64,000 nucleotides of DNA from an uncultured bacterium (GTDB lineage: Bacteria > Planctomycetota > Phycisphaerae > Phycisphaerales > SM1A02). The notes under the pieces were generated by a model that worked only from the letters and a program-made list of their open reading frames with translations, did no database searches and was not told the DNA's origin. The first letter of the stretch is position 1, and every line of letters begins with the position of its first letter. Of the stretch, positions 40,121 to 48,139 are shown piece after piece. The DNA lies in contig CAJCCX010000061.1 of assembly GCA_903961015.1 (NCBI GenBank), positions 6,105 to 70,104 of the forward strand. The letters run 5' to 3'. The translations under genes and the position numbers were made by a program.

Positions 40121-41950
40121 ATGAAGATGAATCTTCGCCAAATCCTCGCTTGTGCTTTATGCGTGTTCTTTGTTTTTGTAAACGCGCATGCCAACGCTGC
40201 CGACGTAGAGTTTTCTTTTTCTCCCCGAGAAACCTGGATTGGGAGTCCATCCATTCTCAAGATCATCGTGCGTGATGGAGAATTGATTGGCGAACCAGTG
40301 CTGCCAAAAGTTGCGGGGCTTGATTTCGAGATTCAACCTGGACGCCAGACGATGAACTCCATGCAAATCATCAATGGCAAGACAACACGCAGCAATACGA
40401 CGACAATCACAATCATGATCACGCCATCGGTTGCTGGAGTGATCAATATCCCTCCAATCAGCATCGTGGTCGATGGTGTGAAGCACAGCATCGAGCCCAC
40501 TTCAATATCGTCCTCTGTCTCCACAACTGGCGACCTCTTAAGCGCACAAGTCATCGGCAATTCAAAGAGATCATGGATCGGTCAACCACTCGATGTAACC
40601 CTACGCATTCTGGTCAAGCCTTTTCAGAGTCCTGAACATCGCGTGACTCTCGGCGAAGCTGATATGTGGCAATTTATCGATCAGGACCGATCTGATTTTG
40701 GACCATTTATAAAAACGCTTCGAGAAATGATGCAGAATCGACAAAGACCAGTCGGAAACGAACAGCTGATAGATGGAAAAGCTTATTTGGTCTATGAAAT
40801 ACCAGCGCAAATCATCCCTTCGACGAGTGGTGTTCCAGATTTCAATGAAATTCGAATTGCATGGAATTATCCAACTCGCATCAGTTCCACGCGTGATTTC
40901 TTTGGCCGAAATGAACTCTCAGTCGGCGCGACAAAGCCGATCAGTGCAAGCGCATCGGTTGTCAATATCGACGTGCTTCCATTGCCAACTGAGGGGCAAC
41001 CAAAGTCTTTCCAGGGTGCCGTGGGTTCATTCACAATCGATGCTTCTGCCAAGCCCAGCAGTGTGTCTGTTGGAGATCCGATCACGCTTACATTGACAAT
41101 GACTGATCGTTCCGGAACTCGGAATCTTGAAACAGTGCAACCGCCAAAGTTAGATATCCCCTCGATTCAATCTGACTTTCGAATGCCCACAGCGCCACTT
41201 GCTGGATCGGTCAAAGGAAACACAAAGACCTTTACCCAAACACTTCGCCCGACTCGTGCAGGTGTTGACAAGATTCCACCGATCGAATTTTCATGGTTCG
41301 ATACTGTCGCAGGTGAATATCGAAGTGCATCGACGATGCCAATTGACATCAAAGTTGTCGCATCCGAACGCATCGCGACAGATGCGATCTTGGGAACCTC
41401 AGCAGGCGCAAGCACACCTGCAAAACAACTCACTGCAGCAGAGGGTGGCCTGACGGCGAATGTTGCACCAACTCTTGCAATGGTTCGGGATCAATCACGC
41501 AGCATTGGATTTCTTGCTGGAACTGCAATGTTTTTGACGCCTCCAATTGCCTGCGCTGCAATCTTGCTTCTGCGGCGTCGAAGCGATCGATATGCAGGCG
41601 ACGTGGCATTTGCGAAGGAGCAAGGTGCGCGAGGTGCAGCGAATAAACGACTTGCTGTCGGGGATGGCGCAGCTGCACTTGTCGGATATATCGCTGATCG
41701 CATCAATCAACCCAGCGGAACCGTCACTCGCGCAGAAGCGCGAAGTTTGATGACTGCCGCAAACGCATCGAACGAGTTGCTAGAAAGAGTCGATCGACTT
41801 CTGGCACAATTCGAGCGCGCTCGCTTTTCGGCGGGAAATGATTCTGGTGCCTCTGCCCAATCGGTCACAGAAGCAAAGTCCTGCATTCAAGGACTTGAAA
41901 AACTTGACTGGCGCAAGGCACGGGCCTTACATATGGAGAAGCAGTCATGA
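40121..41950 (+). CDS. batD: BatD-like (oxygen tolerance family) exported membrane-anchored protein
   Basis: Start ATG at 40121 (MKMNLRQILACALCVFFVFVNAHANA). Repeated Ig-like segments with an IPPI motif (INIPPISIVV, KIPPIEFSW). C-terminal TM (FLAGTAMFLTPPIACAAILLL) plus a cytoplasmic tail. Confidence 0.78.
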   Translation: MKMNLRQILACALCVFFVFVNAHANAADVEFSFSPRETWIGSPSILKIIVRDGELIGEPVLPKVAGLDFEIQPGRQTMNSMQIINGKTTRSNTTTITIMITPSVAGVINIPPISIVVDGVKHSIEPTSISSSVSTTGDLLSAQVIGNSKRSWIGQPLDVTLRILVKPFQSPEHRVTLGEADMWQFIDQDRSDFGPFIKTLREMMQNRQRPVGNEQLIDGKAYLVYEIPAQIIPSTSGVPDFNEIRIAWNYPTRISSTRDFFGRNELSVGATKPISASASVVNIDVLPLPTEGQPKSFQGAVGSFTIDASAKPSSVSVGDPITLTLTMTDRSGTRNLETVQPPKLDIPSIQSDFRMPTAPLAGSVKGNTKTFTQTLRPTRAGVDKIPPIEFSWFDTVAGEYRSASTMPIDIKVVASERIATDAILGTSAGASTPAKQLTAAEGGLTANVAPTLAMVRDQSRSIGFLAGTAMFLTPPIACAAILLLRRRSDRYAGDVAFAKEQGARGAANKRLAVGDGAAALVGYIADRINQPSGTVTRAEARSLMTAANASNELLERVDRLLAQFERARFSAGNDSGASAQSVTEAKSCIQGLEKLDWRKARALHMEKQS

Positions 41951-42828
41951 AAACAATTGCTCTGTATAAATCGCTACGCAATTTTTTTGCATTCTTGGTT
42001 GTCGTCCTATCAACCACAACATTCGCTCAAGCACAAGTCTTATCGACTCCACAGGTAAGTGACGAAACAAACCTCGTGATCGCAACTGAAGCTCAGAGTA
42101 AATATGACGAAGCGGCAGCGTTGGTTGTCAACGATCCAGAACATGCACGCGAACTTTTTCGCGAATCAGCCGCAAAATTTCAGCGCATTGTCGATAGCGG
42201 AATATCCAACGGAGAACTCTTTTTCAATCTTGGAAATGCGCTTGTGCAATCCGATGATCTTGGCAGAGCCATTGGTGCGTATCTTGAAGCTCAGCGACTC
42301 TTGCCGGGAGATACACGAATTGAAACGAATCTTGCTCATGCGAGATCTCTGGTCGCAACGCGTGCGACGTCCACTGCAGGAAACGAACCTCTGGATAGAG
42401 TCGCTGCACTTTGGAAGGTCGTCGGTTTTCCAACACGCGTCTGGGCAGCTTTCATTTCATGGACATTGGTTTGGTCCATCATTGTTGTTGGCATTCTCTG
42501 CGGATGGAAAACTCGAGTGCCGTGGCGTCCCATGCTGATGAGTGTCTCTGCGATCTGTATTGGAATTTCTCTGACGGTCGGAGTCGACGCACTTCGTCAA
42601 CAAATCAATCCACTCGGCGTGCTTGTCAAAGATCAGGTTGTTGTGCGCAAGGGCAACGGCGAAGGGTTCGCACCTGCGTTCACTGAACCACTCACTCGTG
42701 GAGCAGAATTCACGATGATTGAAATGCGCCCGGGTTGGTATCGCATTCGATTGGCCGACGGTCAATCAGGATGGGTCAAGACATCTGACGCACAAGTTGC
42801 CGGCGAGTTCGCTCGCGCGAGTGAATAA
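41947..42828 (+). CDS. batE: BatE-like TPR plus SH3b protein
   Basis: Signal peptide, TPR (NLGNALVQSDDLGRAIGAYLEAQRL), TM segments, and a C-terminal SH3b-like GWYRIRLADGQSGWVKTSD. Confidence 0.75.
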   Translation: MKTIALYKSLRNFFAFLVVVLSTTTFAQAQVLSTPQVSDETNLVIATEAQSKYDEAAALVVNDPEHARELFRESAAKFQRIVDSGISNGELFFNLGNALVQSDDLGRAIGAYLEAQRLLPGDTRIETNLAHARSLVATRATSTAGNEPLDRVAALWKVVGFPTRVWAAFISWTLVWSIIVVGILCGWKTRVPWRPMLMSVSAICIGISLTVGVDALRQQINPLGVLVKDQVVVRKGNGEGFAPAFTEPLTRGAEFTMIEMRPGWYRIRLADGQSGWVKTSDAQVAGEFARASE

Positions 42829-42851
42829 AAAAAATCCGCACCTGCGGATTT
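42827..42851. terminator. Hairpin terminator between batE and tRNA-Ser(CGA), strongest for the minus strand
   Basis: AAATCCGCA-CC-TGCGGATTT hairpin at 42832-42851, flanked by an A-run on the plus strand. That A-run reads as a run of T immediately after the hairpin on the minus strand. Confidence 0.55.
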
Positions 42852-42857
42852 AAAAAA

Positions 42858-42945
42858 CGGAGAGGGTGAGATTCGAACTCACGGTGAGCACGAGGCCCAC
42901 ACTAGTTTTCGAGACTAGCTCCTTCAACCGCTCGGACACCTCTCC
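42858..42945 (-). tRNA. tRNA-Ser (anticodon CGA)
   Basis: The reverse complement reads GGAGAGG...CCTCTCC-G (acceptor). Anticodon arm CTAGT-CTCGAAA-ACTAG. Long variable arm. T-arm GTGAG-TTCGAAT-CTCAC. Confidence 0.92.
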
Positions 42946-42972
42946 AGGTACTACAAGTATCGCCGTGAATCC

Positions 42973-44499
42973 TCAGCCTGTCCAATTGCTCAAAAGCGTG
43001 GTGAGGTCGTTCCCGTTGACAATTCCATCATGATTTATATCCGCAGGCCCGCTTGTTGTCCCCCAAGCTGAGAGGAATATCGCAAGATCTGGGCCGTTGA
43101 CCAGTTGATCGCCATTCAGATCGCCAGGGTGAAGTTCGCATGCGTCGGCAGTTCCGTTGCCATTGCTGTCTGCACAGGTCGTTCCAGCACCTCGCCAATT
43201 CGCCCCCGATGCCGTTGCATCTGCTTGGGTCATGATGAGGCAAAAACCGTTTGGAAAGCATGCCGCTCCCATGGGCGGCGGGCAGGAAACTGTCGCACAC
43301 GTCGTGCCATTGCCTTTATAGACGCCGCCTTGCGAAGTGCATGATGAGGAACTGATTGGTCCAACACATGTCCCATTGCTCAAACAGCATGCTCCAGTCG
43401 GGAAGCAAACATAGGTCGCACACACACTTCCTTCTGGCCCGGGAAATCCGCCGGCGGCGAGACATGACTGGTATGACAAACTGACGCATCCACCTGTCGA
43501 TGCGAAACAGCAAGCGTTGTTGCCTAGAGGCAGGCATATTGTGCTTGAGCAAATCGATCCGTCACCACGATATGTCCCGCCTGCAGATTGGCAGTCTCCT
43601 TGAGTCGCGATTGCACAATTCGTTCCGATGCAACAAGCGCCCTGCTGTGCTGCACAGTTGATCGGGGTATATGTCGCACGCATGACCCAGTCCCCACTGG
43701 GACGACAAAGAGAAGGCAGTTGGGCGAAAGTTTTCCATCCAACGCCGCAGCCGAATGAACCGCAATCTAAAAGATAGATCCAATTTTTATTCGACTGTTG
43801 CAGACCGCTTGTATCTGTGGTTGGAAATGCGTTGCTGGAACTCGGAGGTGCATTCGTGCATGGATTCTGCGTTTGATTATTGTGTTGATCAATGCGATAG
43901 CCGATGGAGAATGTATGGCTCCCGTCGTCACTGAGATACATCTGGTCAGGATCATTGGGGTCAATCATGAACTGAACATTCACGCCGTTTGTTCCCGGAG
44001 CCAGAACTATATGTGGGATCATTTTCCCATCGGATGAAAATGTGTACTTCAGCGTTCCAGTCGCAGGGGTTCCCTCCCAGACCATCACGGACCACTTCGT
44101 CGTTGTTTGAACTGCAGCATTGCTTGTTGCGAAAATTATCTCAGTCATATCAAGTCGCAAAGGAAACGCTGCGGCTGGAAGCACATATGACGCTGCGGCA
44201 GCTTCAGTTTCTCCTATTCCCGCTTGCACAATAAATGATCCGCCACCAAAGTTTGCATCTGTATGTGCCACCGTTGCCGAAGGACATGATCCCGCAATTC
44301 CGCCTTGGTCTTGTCCTTTGCCTTGGAGGATGATCTTCATCGATGGGATATCTCGGTATGCGGACCAGATCGGCCATTGTCGACCTGCAGCAATCGACAT
44401 CTCATCGAGAATCGTTGCTCGATCTGCCGTCGCACCAAGCGATGAGAGAACGCCGACCGTAAAACAGACGAAAGCGAACGAGATTGATTTATTTTTCAT
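42973..44499 (-). CDS. Secreted protein with four Cys-rich repeats and a C-terminal dockerin-type (EF-hand-like) module
   Basis: 508 aa. Signal peptide, and GGAG SD. Repeats of the form ACCxxxxxCxxxxxxxCxxxGGxYxGxGxxCxxxxC at aa 287-445. C-terminus DLNGDQLVNGPDLAIFLSAWG ... DINHDGIVNGNDLTTLLSNWTG. Confidence 0.72.
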   Translation of the reverse strand: MKNKSISFAFVCFTVGVLSSLGATADRATILDEMSIAAGRQWPIWSAYRDIPSMKIILQGKGQDQGGIAGSCPSATVAHTDANFGGGSFIVQAGIGETEAAAASYVLPAAAFPLRLDMTEIIFATSNAAVQTTTKWSVMVWEGTPATGTLKYTFSSDGKMIPHIVLAPGTNGVNVQFMIDPNDPDQMYLSDDGSHTFSIGYRIDQHNNQTQNPCTNAPPSSSNAFPTTDTSGLQQSNKNWIYLLDCGSFGCGVGWKTFAQLPSLCRPSGDWVMRATYTPINCAAQQGACCIGTNCAIATQGDCQSAGGTYRGDGSICSSTICLPLGNNACCFASTGGCVSLSYQSCLAAGGFPGPEGSVCATYVCFPTGACCLSNGTCVGPISSSSCTSQGGVYKGNGTTCATVSCPPPMGAACFPNGFCLIMTQADATASGANWRGAGTTCADSNGNGTADACELHPGDLNGDQLVNGPDLAIFLSAWGTTSGPADINHDGIVNGNDLTTLLSNWTG

Positions 44500-44654
44500 A
44501 GCAATTCTCCTGTTGGATTGAGCTGCGAATGAACTGAATACAAAGTACCACCAGAGATAGTCAATGCAAAAAACAAGGTCGAATTTGACCTTGGAATGAA
44601 AGATTTAATGGCAATGGGACCCGAACAAAAAACCCGTTTCGATCGAAACTTGGC

Positions 44655-44882
44655 TTATTTCGTTGGGTACGACTTCACAATGCCGGACTTTTCCCAGTCA
44701 ATCGTGATCTTGTCAGTCGCTATTTCTTCGATGACGACCTCAAAGTCGCTTCGGCCATCACGCTCAACAAGCGGACGAGCACCATTGATCAACTCCGCAA
44801 TGCGACGCTGAATCAGCGCAGTAAACTTGAAACGACCGCCAACTTTTTCAACAATATCATCGCTTTTTAATGCTTCGTTCAT
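44655..44882 (-). CDS. rpoZ: DNA-directed RNA polymerase subunit omega
   Basis: 75 aa. DDIVEKVGGRFKFTALIQRRIAELINGARPLV aligns with the omega core (VEKIGNRF...ARRARQ...PLV). Confidence 0.75.
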   Translation of the reverse strand: MNEALKSDDIVEKVGGRFKFTALIQRRIAELINGARPLVERDGRSDFEVVIEEIATDKITIDWEKSGIVKSYPTK

Positions 44883-44967
44883 AGTGTGGGCTCCAAATGG
44901 TTAGCCCATTAGTATAGCGGCCACCAGCTTTCAAAGCAACCCGCAAAGCAGACCATACAGACACGCA

Positions 44968-46800
44968 ATGAAATCAAGTCCGTCAATTCACCACTTTTTC
45001 CGCCGAATGGGGAACGCCCTTCGACTCGGTCAAGATTGGCACGTGCTGATTCTTGCTGCACTGTGTGGGATATCTATCGGAGCACTTGCTTTGGTTTTCA
45101 TCGGAACTATGAACTGGCTTCTGAGACAACTCGGTCAATTTGCATCGCAAGGAACAACTCAGCTTTGGATTGCGATCGCCATGCCGCTCGCTGGTGCAGC
45201 GATTACTGTCATCGTCTTTCGTGTTTTTCCCAGTTCCTTCAAGGGCCATGGCGTCTCGCGTGTCATGCTCGCCGTCCATCGACAAAAATCTGTATTGCCT
45301 CTGAGCCTTGCGCCAAGGCAATGGATTGGATCAACGGCAACGATCAGTTCTGGTGGTTCTGCAGGACCAGAAGGTCCGATCGTGGCAATCGGGTCTGCAA
45401 TTGGTTCATCCTTCGCTTCCTGGCTCGATCTGGATGCAGGGAGAAGAACAACGCTGCTTGGTTGTGGAGCGGCAGCGGGACTTTCAGCTGTCTTCGGCGC
45501 ACCACTCGCTGGCGTTTTCTTCGTGCTCGAAGTCATCCTTCGAGACTTCACTGCGCGAACATTCACGCCAATCGTGATTGCATCCGTGACGGCCGCTGCG
45601 ACGGCTCAAACAATTTTGAAATCTCCAGATCCAATTTTCGGTATCGCGCTCATTCATATCGATCAAAATCCGATGCTCTTGGCGCAGACTCCACAATATG
45701 CATTGCTTGGCTTGATCGCTGGACTTTGTGCCGCAGGTTTCGCAGTTGGCATGAAATCTGCACATCGTGCATTCAACCTTCTTCGTATTCCGTCGCTCGT
45801 AAAGCCTCTTCTTGGCGCTGCGCTGCTTGTCGGATGCGGCGTGACGTGGACATTGCTTCGCCAACAACAATTACCGATGACGACCATCGCAACAAATGCA
45901 GCAGAATTACCGCCATTTTATGGCAATGGATATCAATTGATCGAGAGTCTGCTGCGCGAACCAATCGGAACGGAAACGAGTGCGTTAGTACTCTTTGGCT
46001 CACTTGCTCTGCTCATGATTCTGAAAGCGATCGCCACAGCATTCACGTTGGGTTCTGGTGGTGCGGGTGGACTCTTTGCGCCTGGGCTTGTCATTGGTGC
46101 GATTCTTGGCGCGGCATACAGCGCATTGACGGTTCTGGTGCCTGCGCTGCCGGATGTCTCCCCCACTCATGGAGTTCTGGTGGGAATGGGCGCATTTGTT
46201 GCTGCTGGCGCCCACGCACCGCTTGCAGGTGCTTTTCTTGTCTATGAACTGACTCACTCCTATGCAATTCTCTTGCCGCTTCTGTTGGCAGCTGTGATCG
46301 CAACTGTGGCGGCACGACTGGTCTATCCAAACAGTATTTACACCGCAGAACTTGCCGCGTTCAATATTCGATTAAATTCTGTTGCGGATCATTCAATCTT
46401 GCGAAGCACATTGATTCGAGATCTTTCACTATTGCCTTCTGTGCCAGTACTTGCAAGCGATTCTGCAGAAATGTTGATTGAGATCGGTGAAAGAAAGTCA
46501 GTTCATGATTTTCCTGTCGTCGATAATGAGGGGCGATATCACGGATTCGTCTGCGGCAGCGACGTGCGCTCTGCGCTCGTTTATCGAGATGCGCTTCGAC
46601 TCTTGACGGTTGCTGAACTTGAACGGACAGACTTTGCTCCACTTGAATCCGATGACACGCTCGATACAGCGCTGCAAAGATTTTCACGCCACGAAACACA
46701 AGCGCTTCCTGTGATTGATGCGCAAACTCGAAAGCCGATTGGACTGATCAGCCGCAGCCAAATTATGACTGTCTATAACAGCGCTGTGGGAGAGCAATGA
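44968..46800 (+). CDS. ClC-family chloride channel/antiporter with C-terminal CBS pair
   Basis: 610 aa. GSAGPEGP, GAPLAGVFFVLE and the GAFVAAGAHAPLAGAFLVYELT selectivity-filter regions. Two CBS-like segments follow (FPVVDNEGRYHGFV, LPVIDAQTRKPIGLIS). Confidence 0.9.
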   Translation: MKSSPSIHHFFRRMGNALRLGQDWHVLILAALCGISIGALALVFIGTMNWLLRQLGQFASQGTTQLWIAIAMPLAGAAITVIVFRVFPSSFKGHGVSRVMLAVHRQKSVLPLSLAPRQWIGSTATISSGGSAGPEGPIVAIGSAIGSSFASWLDLDAGRRTTLLGCGAAAGLSAVFGAPLAGVFFVLEVILRDFTARTFTPIVIASVTAAATAQTILKSPDPIFGIALIHIDQNPMLLAQTPQYALLGLIAGLCAAGFAVGMKSAHRAFNLLRIPSLVKPLLGAALLVGCGVTWTLLRQQQLPMTTIATNAAELPPFYGNGYQLIESLLREPIGTETSALVLFGSLALLMILKAIATAFTLGSGGAGGLFAPGLVIGAILGAAYSALTVLVPALPDVSPTHGVLVGMGAFVAAGAHAPLAGAFLVYELTHSYAILLPLLLAAVIATVAARLVYPNSIYTAELAAFNIRLNSVADHSILRSTLIRDLSLLPSVPVLASDSAEMLIEIGERKSVHDFPVVDNEGRYHGFVCGSDVRSALVYRDALRLLTVAELERTDFAPLESDDTLDTALQRFSRHETQALPVIDAQTRKPIGLISRSQIMTVYNSAVGEQ

Positions 46801-47177
46801 AGCCCAGACCACATCGTGCGGGAGCGTCGTTTCGAATCTCTTCCGCTATTGAGTTTGCCAACGTCTTTGCGCGTAAAGCACGGCGTGATCTCGGATGGAT
46901 CATCGTTCACGCTGCCCCCAATGATCTCGGCCGCACACGACTGGGACTTTCGATCGGAACACGCGTTGGAAAAGCAGTTCGGCGCGTTCGAGTCAAGCGA
47001 ATGATTCGAGAGGCATTTCGTTTGGTTCGAAGCGAAATTACACCGGGTATGGATGTAGTCGTCTCTGCAAGATCTCATCCAGATCGACCGCTTGCGGATT
47101 ACAAGCATGCGATCGTGGAAGAATCGAAGCGACTTGCTGTTCAACTGAAATTGAAGGATCCACGCAGGGATGAATGA
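46797..47177 (+). CDS. rnpA: Ribonuclease P protein component
   Basis: 126 aa and basic. FANVFARKARRD, RLGLSIGTRVGKAVRRVRVKRMIREAFR (RNR-type motif). The ATG overlaps the ClC stop as ATGA. Confidence 0.85.
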   Translation: MKPRPHRAGASFRISSAIEFANVFARKARRDLGWIIVHAAPNDLGRTRLGLSIGTRVGKAVRRVRVKRMIREAFRLVRSEITPGMDVVVSARSHPDRPLADYKHAIVEESKRLAVQLKLKDPRRDE

Positions 47178-47186
47178 CTCGTGCAT

Positions 47187-47429
47187 TTATGGAACAGGAT
47201 CTTCGCCGCATCCGCCCCATGGATGACAGCGAGAAAGACGGCGAAGAGTCAGCCATCCCCCGCTCCACGCGCCATGACGAACAAATGCTTCTGTTGCATA
47301 GATCGAACATGAAGGATGAAATCGACATCGGCCTCCAAAGATTGGAGAGAGCACGATTTGATACAAGCGAATCAATACGATGAAAATTCGCGCAAAGAAA
47401 GATGGGCGCGCAAGCGAAGGCGGTGTCAC
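47187..47429 (-). CDS. yidD: Membrane protein insertion efficiency factor YidD
   Basis: LIRLYQIVLSPIFGGRCRFHPSCSIYATEAFVRHGAWSGGWLTLRRLSRCHPWGGCGEDPVP is the YidD signature. The proposed GTG start at 47429 overlaps the FAH stop as GTGA. The longer track ORF (to 47795) overlaps the FAH gene. Confidence 0.8.
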   Translation of the reverse strand: MTPPSLARPSFFARIFIVLIRLYQIVLSPIFGGRCRFHPSCSIYATEAFVRHGAWSGGWLTLRRLSRCHPWGGCGEDPVP

Positions 47430-48139
47430 GGCGCTTCGGTCACGGGGTTTGTCAATGTGCCGACAGATTCGATTGATATCTCCACAACATCTCCATGTTG
47501 CAAGTACCGGGGCGGATTTCGCGCGTGCCCGACACCAGGAGGAGATCCCGTGAGAATAATTGTTCCTTTCAAGAGCGTCATGCCACGTGAAAGATCGCTG
47601 ATCAGTTTGGCAACAGAGAAGATCATGTTGGAAGTTGATGAATCCTGCATCAGTTCTCCAGAAACTCTGGTTTGAATTCGAAGATTCTGCGGGTCTTGTA
47701 CATTGTGTGCAGGAGTGATCTTGCTGAGCGGACAAAATGTATCGAAACTCTTGCCTCGGCTGAATTGTCCGCCTGCTCCTTGATTTTGCCACCATCGTGC
47801 GCTGACATCATTCGCGACTGCGTATCCCTCGACCATTCCAAGAGCATCTGCTTGGGAAACTTCTCGGCAATTCGCGCCAAGAATCACTGCTAATTCGCCT
47901 TCGAAATCGACCTGAGGTCCACCCTCACGGCAAATTGCAGGAATGATGATCGGCTCGCCATCTGAGATCACGCAAGCTGGGTTCTTGAAGAAGACGATCG
48001 GTCGTGTTGGGATAGTCCCACCCATTTCCTTGGCGTGCTCTGCGTAATTTCGACCAATCGCCAAGATTGCTGGTGGCAAGATTGCTGGTGGCAAGATTAC
48101 TAGTGGGATGATGTGCGCTGTCGAAATCTCTTGACTCAT
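47426..48139 (-). CDS. Fumarylacetoacetate hydrolase (FAH) family protein
   Basis: 237 aa. AIGRNYAEHAKEMG, DFEGELAVILG, ANDVSARWWQ and ILTGSPPGVG are motifs of the FAH/2-keto-4-pentenoate hydratase-like fold. Confidence 0.88.
   Translation of the reverse strand: MSQEISTAHIIPLVILPPAILPPAILAIGRNYAEHAKEMGGTIPTRPIVFFKNPACVISDGEPIIIPAICREGGPQVDFEGELAVILGANCREVSQADALGMVEGYAVANDVSARWWQNQGAGGQFSRGKSFDTFCPLSKITPAHNVQDPQNLRIQTRVSGELMQDSSTSNMIFSVAKLISDLSRGMTLLKGTIILTGSPPGVGHARNPPRYLQHGDVVEISIESVGTLTNPVTEAP
48062..48106 (-). repeat. In-frame 15-bp tandem repeat (2 perfect copies plus 1 degenerate) in the 5' end of the FAH gene
   Basis: Plus strand: CAAGATTGCTGGTGG twice (48062-48076, 48077-48091), then CAAGATTACTAGTGG (48092-48106). 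Encodes LVILP-PAILP-PAILA. Confidence 0.9.

Noticed and set aside
28796-42945. 14-kb segment bracketed by two tRNA-Ser genes as a possible genomic island
   Set aside because: The two tRNAs are different isoacceptors on opposite strands. I saw no integrase, no direct repeat of a tRNA 3' end and no mobility genes. The content is housekeeping genes and the Bat operon.
44627-44649. Possible terminator after rpoZ (GTTTCGATCGAAAC followed by a T-run on the minus strand)
   Set aside because: The stem is only about 5 bp and is AT-rich, with GGG between the stem and the T-run. This is too weak to call.
45036-46247. 403-aa alternative-frame ORF inside the ClC gene (Cys/Arg/Trp-rich)
   Set aside because: It is on the same strand and fully nested in the ClC frame, which shows the channel signature motifs. 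Its Arg/Cys/Trp-rich composition is typical of an off-frame translation.
47430-47795. Long N-terminal extension of the yidD ORF (202-aa track entry)
   Set aside because: The extension overlaps the FAH-family gene in another frame and adds non-YidD sequence. A GTG at 47429 gives a normal 80-aa YidD coupled to the FAH stop.
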